64,000 nt of DNA from Ascidiella aspersa (taxonomy: Eukaryota). The stretch's first letter is position 1. Each line of letters opens with the position of its first letter. Location of the stretch: contig OZ004613.1 of NCBI GenBank assembly GCA_963924565.1, forward strand, positions 22,196,001 through 22,260,000, read 5' to 3'. Both the position numbers and the translations under genes were made by a program. The notes beneath the pieces are model-generated. The model did no database searches. It saw nothing but the letters and a program-made list of their open reading frames with translations, and was not told the DNA's origin. Positions 1 to 12,000 of the stretch are shown piece after piece.

Positions 1-2126
1 TTTCCTAAACAGAATTATACAAAAATTATAATGTCAAAATTACAATATAAAAAATTGTGCAATTCCTAAACTCTTGAAAGGTTTTGGAAAGGTGAACATG
101 GTGTGGTTTTTATATTGGTTATTATAACATCCATATATTTCAACTGAGTAATTTTCTAATAATTCACGGTTTTGATCTGGGCCAGTCGGTCATTTTTAAA
201 GGTACCTGATCAAATGAAATGTTTTCCAACAAATTCGTTTTTTTAGTTCGGTATGCAGCAGACGTTTCACACCTTTAAATTTAACTGGCGTCCAATTGTT
301 TGCCATTCCAGTCTGAACGAATAAACGAATAATTCCAGGTAGGCAGAGCTGTGCCTGTTTATGTTTCCTTTACATGGAGATTGCAGCAGAAGCTCACGTC
401 AGGCCGTCGGTAATTCTTCGCGCGCTCTCTCTGTTCAAACCCGGCACTGCGAACGATGAACCCGCCTGACCCCGAGACATTGCCGCGACGAACCCGTTTG
501 ACACCGGCTACGTCACGCAAAACGCCGGTAGCATCGGCCAACAAAAGCTCGGCTCGCCCGTTCTGCAGAGTTGGCTGGCTGCCAAAGCGAGCTAAGACGG
601 AACAGTTTGGACCCGCTTGGCCTCGCGCCAGAAAAACACGCTCCTTGCCCAGCTAACGCGAAATCGATTAGTTTCGCTCACGTGTTGCACAGCTGATGCT
701 GGCGACCCATTAAAAGCGGTTCACAAGAGTTCAATTGTTATAATCCTCGTCTAAAGGTGCCCAGTAATTTATACGCCGAGTCCATTTTGGAAATCTACGT
801 AAAAAAACGGATGTGGAAGGTTTCATCACTCTTGTTAATATGCAAACCTTAGGATTTGCAGCTTGCGAATTTACTTCTCTCACTGTGATTTAGTTGTCAT
901 TGCGTCATTGTCTGTTAAAAGTTAGATTTACTGTTATTTTCTAATGTTTTAAACTCTTTGAAAGCTGTATTATGTCTGCCTTTTTTAACAGAAAAACACA
1001 TTATAGCAGGAAGTGGAAAAACAAATAGCAGATCTTTGTTATTTCTCGAATTGTTTGTACATCGCGCCTCGTCAGCGTTTTGTGCTTTTCAAGACTGCTT
1101 GCCGCAGAGTATTTGGGTATTCCAATTTGAACAGTCTATTAAGGCGTGGGTTAGAACAATAAAATGCGGCCTTGCGGCAAAAATGTGTCAAAGGCGCCCA
1201 AAACCGCCTACCCATGAAGATATTTTTGTTCGCTCACACCATCCAGTTTTATTTGTTTATTCAAGTCGACGCCTTTTGCACAAACTTTTGCAATGCATTT
1301 CTGCTAAAAAAAATGACCCAATTGTTTTCATTCTTGATTTAACCGGTTTATCTATTGGTGCGGTAGTTCCTGTAGGTTTCGTTCAACTTTTTAGAAACTC
1401 AAACCTTGACCTTGTATATCTCTTGTTTTGTGTTTGCAACTAAACCGAAGTTTTACCGAAACTTTTTCTATGGTGATTTAGATATTTATAGAACGATTGC
1501 TAACGCTGCATTGCCGCATAACAATGAACAGCGAATTACGCCCATGGCCTGTTAACTTGCGAGACGATTCAATGGCTTATTTTTAGATTTCGTGGTAAGA
1601 GTCATGCTAGGGTTGTGGCTAATTCTGTTCTGATTTCTGTCACAGTTGCAAATGTTGTTGCAATCTGCAAAGCAGCAGCCGATAATATCGAACAAGTTAA
1701 CTTCAAGGTACCAGCAGAACCCCTTTTTAAGCGACATGTTTGTGACAGCAGGAGTCAACCGAGTTCCCATATAAGCCATATGGTCGTGTAATGAGGAGCA
1801 TTGGTAAACACATTTAACGCGCACTTGAAACCAAAATTGACTTGTTTTTCAGTTTTGCTTAGTCTGCGCTTTCCTTGGTCTGCCCAACCGATAAAACATA
1901 AGATCGTAAAGTGAACTTATTACGTGATAGCCAAAGTCACTTTAGGATTTTGAACGCATTAACATCTCTTGGAAAGATAACGCCATTACAAGTTGTAAAA
2001 CGTTTTAAGCTTGGTCTGTCTGTTTGCCTCCGGACGTATTAAACGGATTATTATTGCCCCATTATTACGTGATGTTTCGCACGAGGTGCTTCGGTTGATG
2101 ATGCAATGTTGACGTCACCACGGCTG

Positions 2127-2168
2127 GTCATGTGATTTCGACTTTTTGTCATGTGATTTCGACTTTTT
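2127..2168. repeat. 21-bp tandem duplication (GTCATGTGATTTCGACTTTTT)x2
   Basis: Two exact adjacent copies. Confidence 0.9.
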
Positions 2169-2910
2169 ATCCTGGTCAGCGGTCGCAGTTTAATTAATGG
2201 GAAATGTGAGCTGTACATCTTGCTAACTGGATTGCTTGGTTTCAACTCTGTTTTTCTCTTTTAATAAACCGCTACTTATCATTTTACTGCCTTTTCAATA
2301 CAACGCTTTGCCTAATGTTGCTGCTCTATCGATTGTATGGTGTTTTTTGTAGGTTTTGTTAGGAAGGAATAATTCTGTACATTAAATGGTTTTAGTAAGC
2401 CAACAGCATTCAGAAAGTATTTTAGCTGGCGAATAAACGTTTTGTATTAATTTTTCGCCATTGCTACTTTAATTTGGTTAAAAAACGAATATACCCTGCG
2501 AAAGTTTTCTGAGAATTGTTTTTTGCCAATTATTTTGACCATTACAACTTGTTAATATTTGTGATAATAATTTCAGCAACAATCAGTTTAATATCTATTC
2601 ATTACAAATTAATGAATACATACATATTGCCCTAACAATGTCGCCAATTATAAACGAAAAGCCAACTAATGGTAGAAAGTAAAATCTGGCCCAATTTCCA
2701 TGGTTTTGCGCTTGCTAAAATTATATTATACTGCCGCCGTCCCCGTAATATAATATGCATACCTACCGTTTTTTTTTATAGCATTACCTTTATTTCATGA
2801 ATCTGAAAGATTTTGTTATCACAAAGAAGGCGACTACGTGTTGTAGGTCGTGCCATCAGACTACAGGCATGACGTTGAAATAACTCTCCTTTCCAATTGT
2901 TGTTGAGCAG

Positions 2911-3057
2911 GCCGCGCTCGCAGCTGGTCTGAGAAGCAACGACGCCAAAACCTGTGGACCAAGCGCGGCTACGACCTGGCCTATCGCGCCTGCATCTGCA
3001 AGTGTAAGCACGGCCATCTGCGCAAGGACATCTACTGCCAGCCGCAGCCCAGCAACG
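2911..3057 (+). CDS. HECA: HECA exon, end of headcase N-terminal domain
   Basis: ttgagcag|GCCGC...AACG|gtaagg; (G)RARSWSEKQRRQNLWTKRGYDLAYRACICKCKHGHLRKDIYCQPQPSN. Confidence 0.93.
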
Positions 3058-6000
3058 GTAAGGGAGGCGTTTTGGAAAGTTTTTTTTTGTTCATCGCGCA
3101 GTTTCTCACGCCGTTTTCACCCCCTCTATTGACCAGACAAAAAATCACTTAATTATTTTAAAACACTTACTAAATTGACTGGCTTTTTTAGCAAGTGTGG
3201 AAGCGCTCGGCCTATTCCTAACCGGTTTCTTTCGTATTTTTTTAGTGTTGTTTTGTTTAAACTATTTCGAAACCACACCAACCGCGAATGGTTGGAAAAG
3301 GTCTTGTTTTCTGTTGTGGTGGACATACAAACGTCTTGCGTAATTGGCATGACCTGATAACTATTGAAAAAATATATAGTTCACTTCTTGATAAATTGCT
3401 CAACCGGACCAAGTACATACTATTTGCAACGTTAAAACAGAATCCCGCGCTTTTTGTTTTTCTGAACGTGTTAGTATTGCCCAATTAGCCACAAATTTAC
3501 GGAATATAGTGTCGATACCACAATTTGCCATTTTACCTTTGAATCACAATGCATTGATTCCTGAAGTTATAAAATATATGATAAATACTGTTGGTGGCCG
3601 TTTTTTGTTTGGTGACAATTTTGAGTTGTAGAGTCGTGCGCTAAGCTTCGTACAATTAGCGGAAATCCGTACCACCGGGAACGGCCTATGGGAATCAACG
3701 TACATCTGAAACCAGACACCCTAGCACTGTTTCTACTATTCTGACAACAACGGATAAAATAGCTCAGCGTTGACAAAAAACAACAGAGCGTCAATGGAGC
3801 GCACCACAATGGCATTGACGTCACGCTTTTGCTATCCGGTTTCTCGTCTGTTATTTCGCTGTATAGCTGTATAGCTGTCTGTTGTGTTGTGTTGTGTATT
3901 GCTTAGCTGGGAGAGCCGACAGGCCGCCGGTGTGAATTTCCAGGCACTGTCCTTGTTTGGCTCTGCAAGCGCTGTTCACAAGGTCTGTGGGGACTCCCCT
4001 CCCTTGCGTCATTGCTAACATGCATACATTGCTAACAAGCATACGGCAATGTTAAGGCGTCTTATTTCCTCTTGCCTGTTTTTTTATTTTTTTGGACGAC
4101 TGAATCCCGGTTTAGGTCGTCTGGTTTGGGTCTTGCCTGTTTGCTGTTCGTACAAGCTTTATAAAAGCGTTCAGTCAGTAGCTGCTCAAGTTGTCATTTA
4201 AAAGGTCCAAAAAGAACCAAAAGGTTAAAAATAATACTACGACAACTGTATTTAAAAGACCCCGAAGCTACATCAAAATCAGCATCATCTCTTCTGCTAA
4301 AAAAAGTAAAGCTGCCTGATTGCAATTCACAAAGTTAACTTCGCCCCAGTTTATAACAAGTTCTTTATCTCGCACACGATTTTCTGTTTGGTCGCCATAA
4401 TTTTCAAGTAGAACGTTGACAAGTTTCAACTCACACACAGCGTTTCGTGTGAGCGCTATGTTCGTCCCGTCTGTATATTGGTGCAAGAATGGCGCGTCAA
4501 ACCACAAGACATTAACGGGCCACTTTCCTTTACTAGACTTTATAAACTGGTCCCAATGTGTCCATTTTGTGTAGGAAACCGAAAAGTATTTGTCGCCAGG
4601 GTTATTCTAGCTTAAATATCGTTTACTTGGTAAGTTTGGATTAACTTTTATGTGGTGATATTATTCTGAAACTTTGCTAACTTTAAACAAATCACGTGTC
4701 GAACCAAAATCACAGATTTGTATCACTGTTTGAAACGTTGTACGTGGAGAAAATGTTTTGTCGAACGTATTAATCGGAGTTTCATAACATTGACCCAAAA
4801 GACCTTTTTACTCGATACAGCAATACGTGAGTTTCTGCTTAGACTGATCAATGATAAGGGTGGCGTTCAAACAGCATTAGTAATATTGTAACGCTTGTGA
4901 AAAAGCGAAAGTGTATGATACTTAAAGTTTGTGACCTTGGTTACAATCACATATTGTGTAACATCAACAATGCGAAATGTTTTTCGTTTCGAGTCAACGA
5001 TTCGCTCGGGACTAAAATTTACTGAATACAACAAATTGACAGTAAAGTTCAGTTTGCACCTTCATTTCGGTTTCAGGATTTCGTTCAAACGTTTTTCCAA
5101 CATATCGAGTTATTCAGTTGAAATCAATCTAGGCTCAAATTAGTTTCTGGACTGTCCGGTTTTTATTTTTGGATTTTTTTGCTCTTTTCTATTGCACTTA
5201 TTGTTGATACTTAAATATAGTATCTACTTGCGCCGTGTAAACTAATAAAACAAAATTGAGTTAACTTTTTTGGGCATTGTATAATGAAATCACTTTCTAA
5301 AAAAGTTTTCCGATTCCTGTTAACGTAAATAAAAAATGTGTTTTTTTTATTACAGGTTTGAACGGCGATGAAGCTCCAGATTTCGCCAAGAAGAAGAATC
5401 GCAAAAAGCATAAGGACCTTCCTTCTCTTGGCGCTGGCAAATACGCCATGTTGACCGAAAAAAGCAAGTCGAAGCCCATTCCGGACAAGTGAGCAAATTC
5501 GTTCTTTATCGTCTTTGTTATGCTTCTTAAATGGTTCCGGGCTTCGGCCTTTAATGCGGTAAGTCGAATTCAATGACCTGAAAAGATTGTCCTGAGAATT
5601 GTATATTCGGCTTGCAGGTGCGTTAGTGCAAACAGAGTAAAGTCTCTTTAACAGCATTACTTAAAACTTTATCAATAGTGCATTTAAAAGCGAAACTCAA
5701 TTGTTTTGGACGTTTCCCGCAAATTACATGCATGGTTTCCAACGTACTTTAAATTGCACCAATTATTTTTTTATTTGTTTTTTTATGTGAACGTGGTTAT
5801 ATACCTGGATAAACACTGCCCTCCCATATGCATATGGTGTATTATTCTATCTTAAATAAATATCGATAACTGAGGTCTGTATTCTTCACTGGCCATGTTA
5901 ATTTGCGATGTACTTCCTTTTGTAAATGTTTTTTTTAAATGGTCAACAATTTTCTAGCAACAACTGTCGCATCCGTCACCACTCAACCAGTTCCACGATG

Positions 6001-9000
6001 TCGGTCGACCAGGGTTACAACAGCGCTTCACCCAGCACCACTGATATGAGCCCCTACATGTTTTCGCCCCCTTCGCAGCACCACAGGTCAGTGTGCGAAA
6101 CCTTGTTGGTTTATTAGCTGCTTTTAAGTTGTATTGTACTAAGATTTAAATGTGTTTTTTACGTTTGAAACAGAATAAAGAGAATTTCCTCCACACAGAC
6201 CAAGTTTTTTCTCACGTTTTATAAAAGACTTAAGTATTTTACGACCTGTCGTTCGTTTTCAAATATATTTTGGGGCTCCCGAAAGGTTTCAAAGACATGT
6301 TTAACTGGAGCAGATACAATAAAAAGCAGCAGAAATAGACAAAATCACATGTCGCAATGGGGAAATCTTTTACCCTAAAAGTCCAAATCAATGACAGTTA
6401 GGCCCTTTTTTGCGAAAATGAGTCGAATTTATTTTTCGTTTTTAAATTGAATCAATTTTCAGATCTATGTTCAACTTTCACCCGTCGCAAATCCGTGGCC
6501 AGGGTGGCCTAGGCTTCTCTAACGGCTTTCACGCTCCCTCCACCTCACCGCTACCCGAAATCCCTGACGACGTCCTGCAGTTGCTCAGCCCGCAGACCAC
6601 CCCCTCGCCCACATCCACCGATATGTCACCCCCACCCGGGGTCTTTTCGCCGCCCCTGTCACCCCAAGGTCCCTCGGGGCCGACTGGGGCGGCCAGGAGT
6701 TACCCGGGCGCCATCCGGGACGTAGAGCTGTCCGAAATCCAGCGCGTTTTCCCGAAGGCGGCCGAGAACCAGCGTCCTTGCACCGAAGGCGACATTCTGG
6801 CCATGACGCAGCTCATCGACAACCTGTGGCGAAACGGCTCGGCCAATCAGCGGCTCGACGCCAACGCCACGCCCACCCCGTCGATCCCGGTGCCGCAAAA
6901 CCAGTACTCGGAGAGCGCTTACCCCTACGTGTTCGACCCCAGCCCCCTACCGCCCCAGCAAAGCGATATGCGCTCCTTCTCGATGCCCAAGCAGCTCGCC
7001 AACGGATTTCTACAGCAGCCCGGCGCCGGTTCCTTCCCGGGACAGCCCCCGGAGCGATACCCACAGCAGCAGATCGGCGCCGAGCAGGAGGCCTGGCACA
7101 AGATGATGGCGTCACACCGTCGTGACGTCATCAACGCGCACGAGCACGCCCCTTTCGGCGCGCTGCGTCATAAGGAGCAGAAGGACGCGGAGAAGCGCGA
7201 GATGAACAAGTACATCCTGAGCATGATGACGTCGGAGGAGAAAAGATCACAGGTCAGAAGGCTGTCCAATACTTTTGGTGTTTACTACAGGGGTGGCTAA
7301 TACGCGACACGCGTGCAAATTGTGACATTCAACCTAATAAAAATGGCATGCAAGTCTTCCAAAAAATCCTAATTTGTAATACAGCCAATTGCCATTGTTT
7401 ATTCACAATAACAATCACAATGGCAATCGCTAAATCATGTGAAAAGTGACTATACCAGTTTGAATAAGTTTGGCCCCAACACCATCGTGGTATCTGACAT
7501 CCATAATCACATATTGATTTGACGTCATGTACAGCGGTATTGTATTTGTATAAACCTTTTTTTATCCACGAAAGAAACTAAAAGTATTGCGCTAAATGAA
7601 CGTATGATGCCACAATGCAGCCTGTGATGTCATAAAGTGGCGCTTTGTCGGCAATAACAACTTTAAATAAAAAATAATAGCAACTGCAGAACGTGATTTG
7701 CAGCTAAAAAACAGCAAAGGGCACAGTTAGCGTTTGTCGTCATCTAACGTCCGGTCGACCTTTCGCGCCAACCACCTGGCTCGCGGTCCAGACAAAGCGC
7801 GACATTCAAACGTCCCGCCGATTGTGACGTCAGAATTGCCTAAATGCAGGTAATCTCGATCCCGAACGAGCAGTACGGCGCGAACGGACAGCCCCAGCAC
7901 ACTGAGATACGATTGGTGCCGATGCGATCAACAACCTTCAAAAAGCGATACGACTTCTCCGCTTTTCAGGTAAGGTAGCTCTTGACTTGTGCAAGTGTAC
8001 TACCAAGGGTCGAAACTCGAAAACCTCCCTTGGGACTTGCCTGTAGCTGTGACCTATTACTCCGAAAAGTCATCAACTATCGGACATAATTTTATAGAAA
8101 TCAGGCCGATTTATTGTCAGCATGTTTTCGTTAATTCTATCCACAAGGGATTTGTAATACTTGTAGCCTCAAAGCGCCACGTTTGTACTAGCTTGTCTTG
8201 GCAACTCTAAATCAGGTCGAATACTTTATTATAAACCCCTTGTTTTATCAAAGGTTGCATCAAAGCAAAGCTAACTTTATTGTTTACCCCGCCTATTTGT
8301 ATAGCTTTTCGCGTTTTCGTTTGTTATGTTTGCCGAATAATATTTCATTAATTTAAACCCTTTGAAATAAACTCCTAGCCCGCTCAACGCACTTCTGCAA
8401 CAAAAGAGCTAAATTTGTCCCATTATTGTCCAGTCGTTGTGCCTTTAAAACCGCCGTGTGCATTTTAGTGTCACAAGCTCTAATAAGTCGTTGCTTTCTT
8501 TCCACAGAAGGTGCTTCCCCGTCAGCACGTCAACCCGTATCGCATTAAGATGGAGGGCGAGGGATATGGAAGCGACGACCTGCGCAACTTTATCCTGGCC
8601 AGTCTCAGTCTGGTCAAGTGCGCTCAGGTAATTATTTGCTTCTCGACATTTGAGGCAGCGATTTCGGCCGCGAAGACTAAGTTGTTTTTTGTATTCATTC
8701 GAACGATTTCGTCGTCTATAATGGCTTCTTATTATTGGTCACTTTAATCCAACCAAATAACTATAAAAGTTTGTAAAAAAATAAACAAATTATCGTTTTG
8801 CTCGGCGATTTTTTTTATTGTTTTCCACCCGAACTCTTCACGGTTAAATATAACAACCATAGTCTTACCCAAAGTTCTACAGGCTGATTTTTCTAGGGTT
8901 ACCAGTACACCCCTCTTATAATTTATTGTGTCAGTCACATTTTTCTTAATCTTATTTTATTTGCGAAGTAGTTGCTCTGACAGAACGAACTAAACCACTA

Positions 9001-12000
9001 TATACAGCAAAACGACATGCCTTTTGTTTTCATTGCTTCGCCTGACCATACACGAGGGTTGTGTTTGAGGAAGTAGTTTTCTAAATTTGGCAATAGCTGA
9101 AAATAAATTTACGTGCATAAGATAGTTCAACAACAAACTTCTAACCTGCTTTCAATGCACAGCTATGCTAACCGAACTCACTCATTATACCCGAGAAGAT
9201 TTGTTTTTATGAACTAATAACTGTTTTAACTTATAAAATGGAAGAAAAAGCGACGATGAAAGCGCAAAGCTCAAAACGTTTCAAAGCCGGGAAGATCTAG
9301 TTGTTTTATTGGGAGCGCCAGCAACTCTACAAAAAATAATTAATTTAACCCGTCAAATTTTGTGTTATTTTTTAGATGAATTGCGTTGTGTGTGGCACCG
9401 ACATGCCGATCTACGACCACTTCCCACTGGTGGATGGCACCATGTTTCTCAGTCCAGTATGCAACGGCAAGACCGAAAAGAATTGCTTCAAGGTTTGTGC
9501 ATTTATTTTGCACAATCAAACGACGCGATAGTAGATCGGCCAGTGAAAACGTACTGACAAACAACAGTTGCTTTCAATGCGACTGCTTTTTAGTCGTATT
9601 TCCGCCTTCGACAGATAACATGGTCGTGAAAAGGCGTCCCAGTTCCCACGTTTTTTTACTTTGTGGGATGTTTACAGATTAACAAATACATCTGAGCCTT
9701 TTTAAACACGGAAATATATTTGGGTTTACATTGAAAGGCCCAGTGAGTAATTTTATAGAAATGGTAGCATTCGGTGTTGGGCTAATACGCTATTAATACA
9801 GGGTGGGCCAAACGTAGGCTTACAGTTATTCCACAGCGTTGGCCTGGAAGAACAGGTAGCATTGAATGGCCACCATGCTCACCTGACCTGACACTAATGG
9901 TTTTGTTATTTGGGAGTGTTATAAAGAACAAGGTGTATGAGAAGAATCAAGAACCCCAAATCAATAAATTTACTTTTAGACCCAAACCTTACTTTTTATA
10001 TATGTACGCCTACTTTTGTCCCACTCTATATAATGGTGTTACAAGTTCGCCTAAACTAACAAATGCCCAAACTACTTTTGTCCTTCAAAATGTCATCCGC
10101 TCCAAATCATTCCTGCATTTTGTCACGTACCTCGTTTGGCGCACCTCAAAACGCCAAACGTCGCCAAGATACAGACGTGCAGAATGCCAGCACGGCCTGA
10201 AAAAAACAATCCGTCTGTGCTCAATCGCTCTGTTTTCCCACCGCATAAAAACGTGTTCGGGTGAATTTATTTTTTTGCGACCAGACCAACAACAACAATA
10301 AAACTTCTGCCGCGCCGCGCACAATCGCTTTACCACGCTCTCTCATCCAAGCGCCGCGCCTCCCGTTTTTCTCTTTTTTTGGTCGCTGTGACGGAAGCGT
10401 GACGTCATTTCCGACTGGCTTTGCAGCAGCAGCGCGGTCTCCAAAAAAACAATGCATGGGCTCAGTTGCAAACAGCGCGTGTTTAAGCGCAGACGCTACG
10501 CGTGCGCGCCACCGTCCCTAATTGCAAGCGACAGAGCCTGAATAAATTCGAATGGCGCGTCACAGGGACGCGTCTTGTCAACTGTCGTCACTCGTCACAG
10601 TGCAGGCCTGCTGGTTAAGTTTATATGAATCACTGACAACCTACGGTGTAAGGAACAAGGTTGATGTCGTTTAATGCAGAATGCACCTCTGCTCGGTTCA
10701 CTTTGCAAAACGCAAGACATAGTTAACTTTTGTGCATTGACGATGACCGATATTGTTATAGCAACTTACGATGCCTCATTATAGCTCTTCATTATGCTAA
10801 GAATAACTTTGGCGTCTCAAAGTGAAGCCTTCTGATCGATAAGTTCCTAACTCAAATTTAGTCATACAAACACATTTAATTGTTTTAATATATCACCTGA
10901 TAAACAGTGACTTACGACGAATTGGCGGATACAACTTTTTGGTAACGAATAGAAATTAAAAAAAAAAATATATATATAGTGTTGTGGATAGTAACTCCGG
11001 TAATTCTACTATTTATTTTCAAGTCTTTTAATCTGAATAACTAGACTATTTTGCAAAATTGTGTGTGAATTTAATTTGTTGAAGTAATTCATCTTAAGCA
11101 GCAACCTGTATAAATATGCGGCCTTATTGCTGGTTTGGGCGGCGTATGATGTCCATCTTTTTTTAGTTTCTGAAACAAAACTATGTTTTTTTTTATCTCG
11201 CAGTCTGCTGGAATTTTAACACGAGCCTTAAAATTGTTTAGTCTGCGAACAAATGTAAATTAATAAATCTTTCATCGACCAATCGGTTTGACAATGAAAA
11301 TATCTTTTTAATAGTGCTGAATATACCAGTTTTTGTCTGCTTCTGCACACACTTGTAATGTTTAACTTAGTACGATACTGTCCTTTGCATTAGAATTGAC
11401 ATTTGCATATCAAATGGTATAGAAAAACTGCTTCATGTGTGACATTTTATGTGGGGATGTGCTGCTCGCGACTCCTTAAAACGTGTTGCCACAAGACCCC
11501 ACCAGCAATCTGCCGTCCTAAGGTACGCTAATGCGCTGCACCTGGCCATTTGCGCAGCAAATTTCGATTCTCATGCATTTGCACGATCAGCTATCTGTTA
11601 AGGTTAGGTAACAAATTTGACCAGATTATACGGAGAGACTTTTTAAATAAAATACGTACTTCGTTCATATTCAATTAAAATTTGTACAATTTACAAAATC
11701 CATGACTCTAACTTAGCTTTAAAATATATTTGCCCAAAACCAAACATCTGTTCACTGTTCCAGCAAAAAAAATTGGTTAAGAGAACACACTGGTCGTGGT
11801 CGTGACCCTTCATTGGTCTTGCCCCTCTGTTCAATCATTTTAGTGCCAATCAGCAGCAAAATGGCTAAGTTCACGAAAGAAAGTGACCCATGTTTTGCAT
11901 TTAAGAGCAAAAAGACGCGTCGTCGCCTTCCCCTGACACGCCCCCAAAACTCCCCTGTTCCCTTCGGGCGTACGTGACTTCTATTAATATTTCATACCTA

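Noticed and set aside
1-2910. First coding exon(s) of HECA
   Set aside because: No frame with the expected Cys-rich MHxxCF motif was found; it probably lies upstream of the window
6659-7134. Arg-rich ORFs overlapping the large HECA exon
   Set aside because: GC-rich exon has few stops in other frames; the splice-compatible frame is HECA
7253-7300. C-terminal tail VRRLSNTFGVYYRGG of ORF 6467..7300
   Set aside because: Read-through into the intron past the donor at 7253
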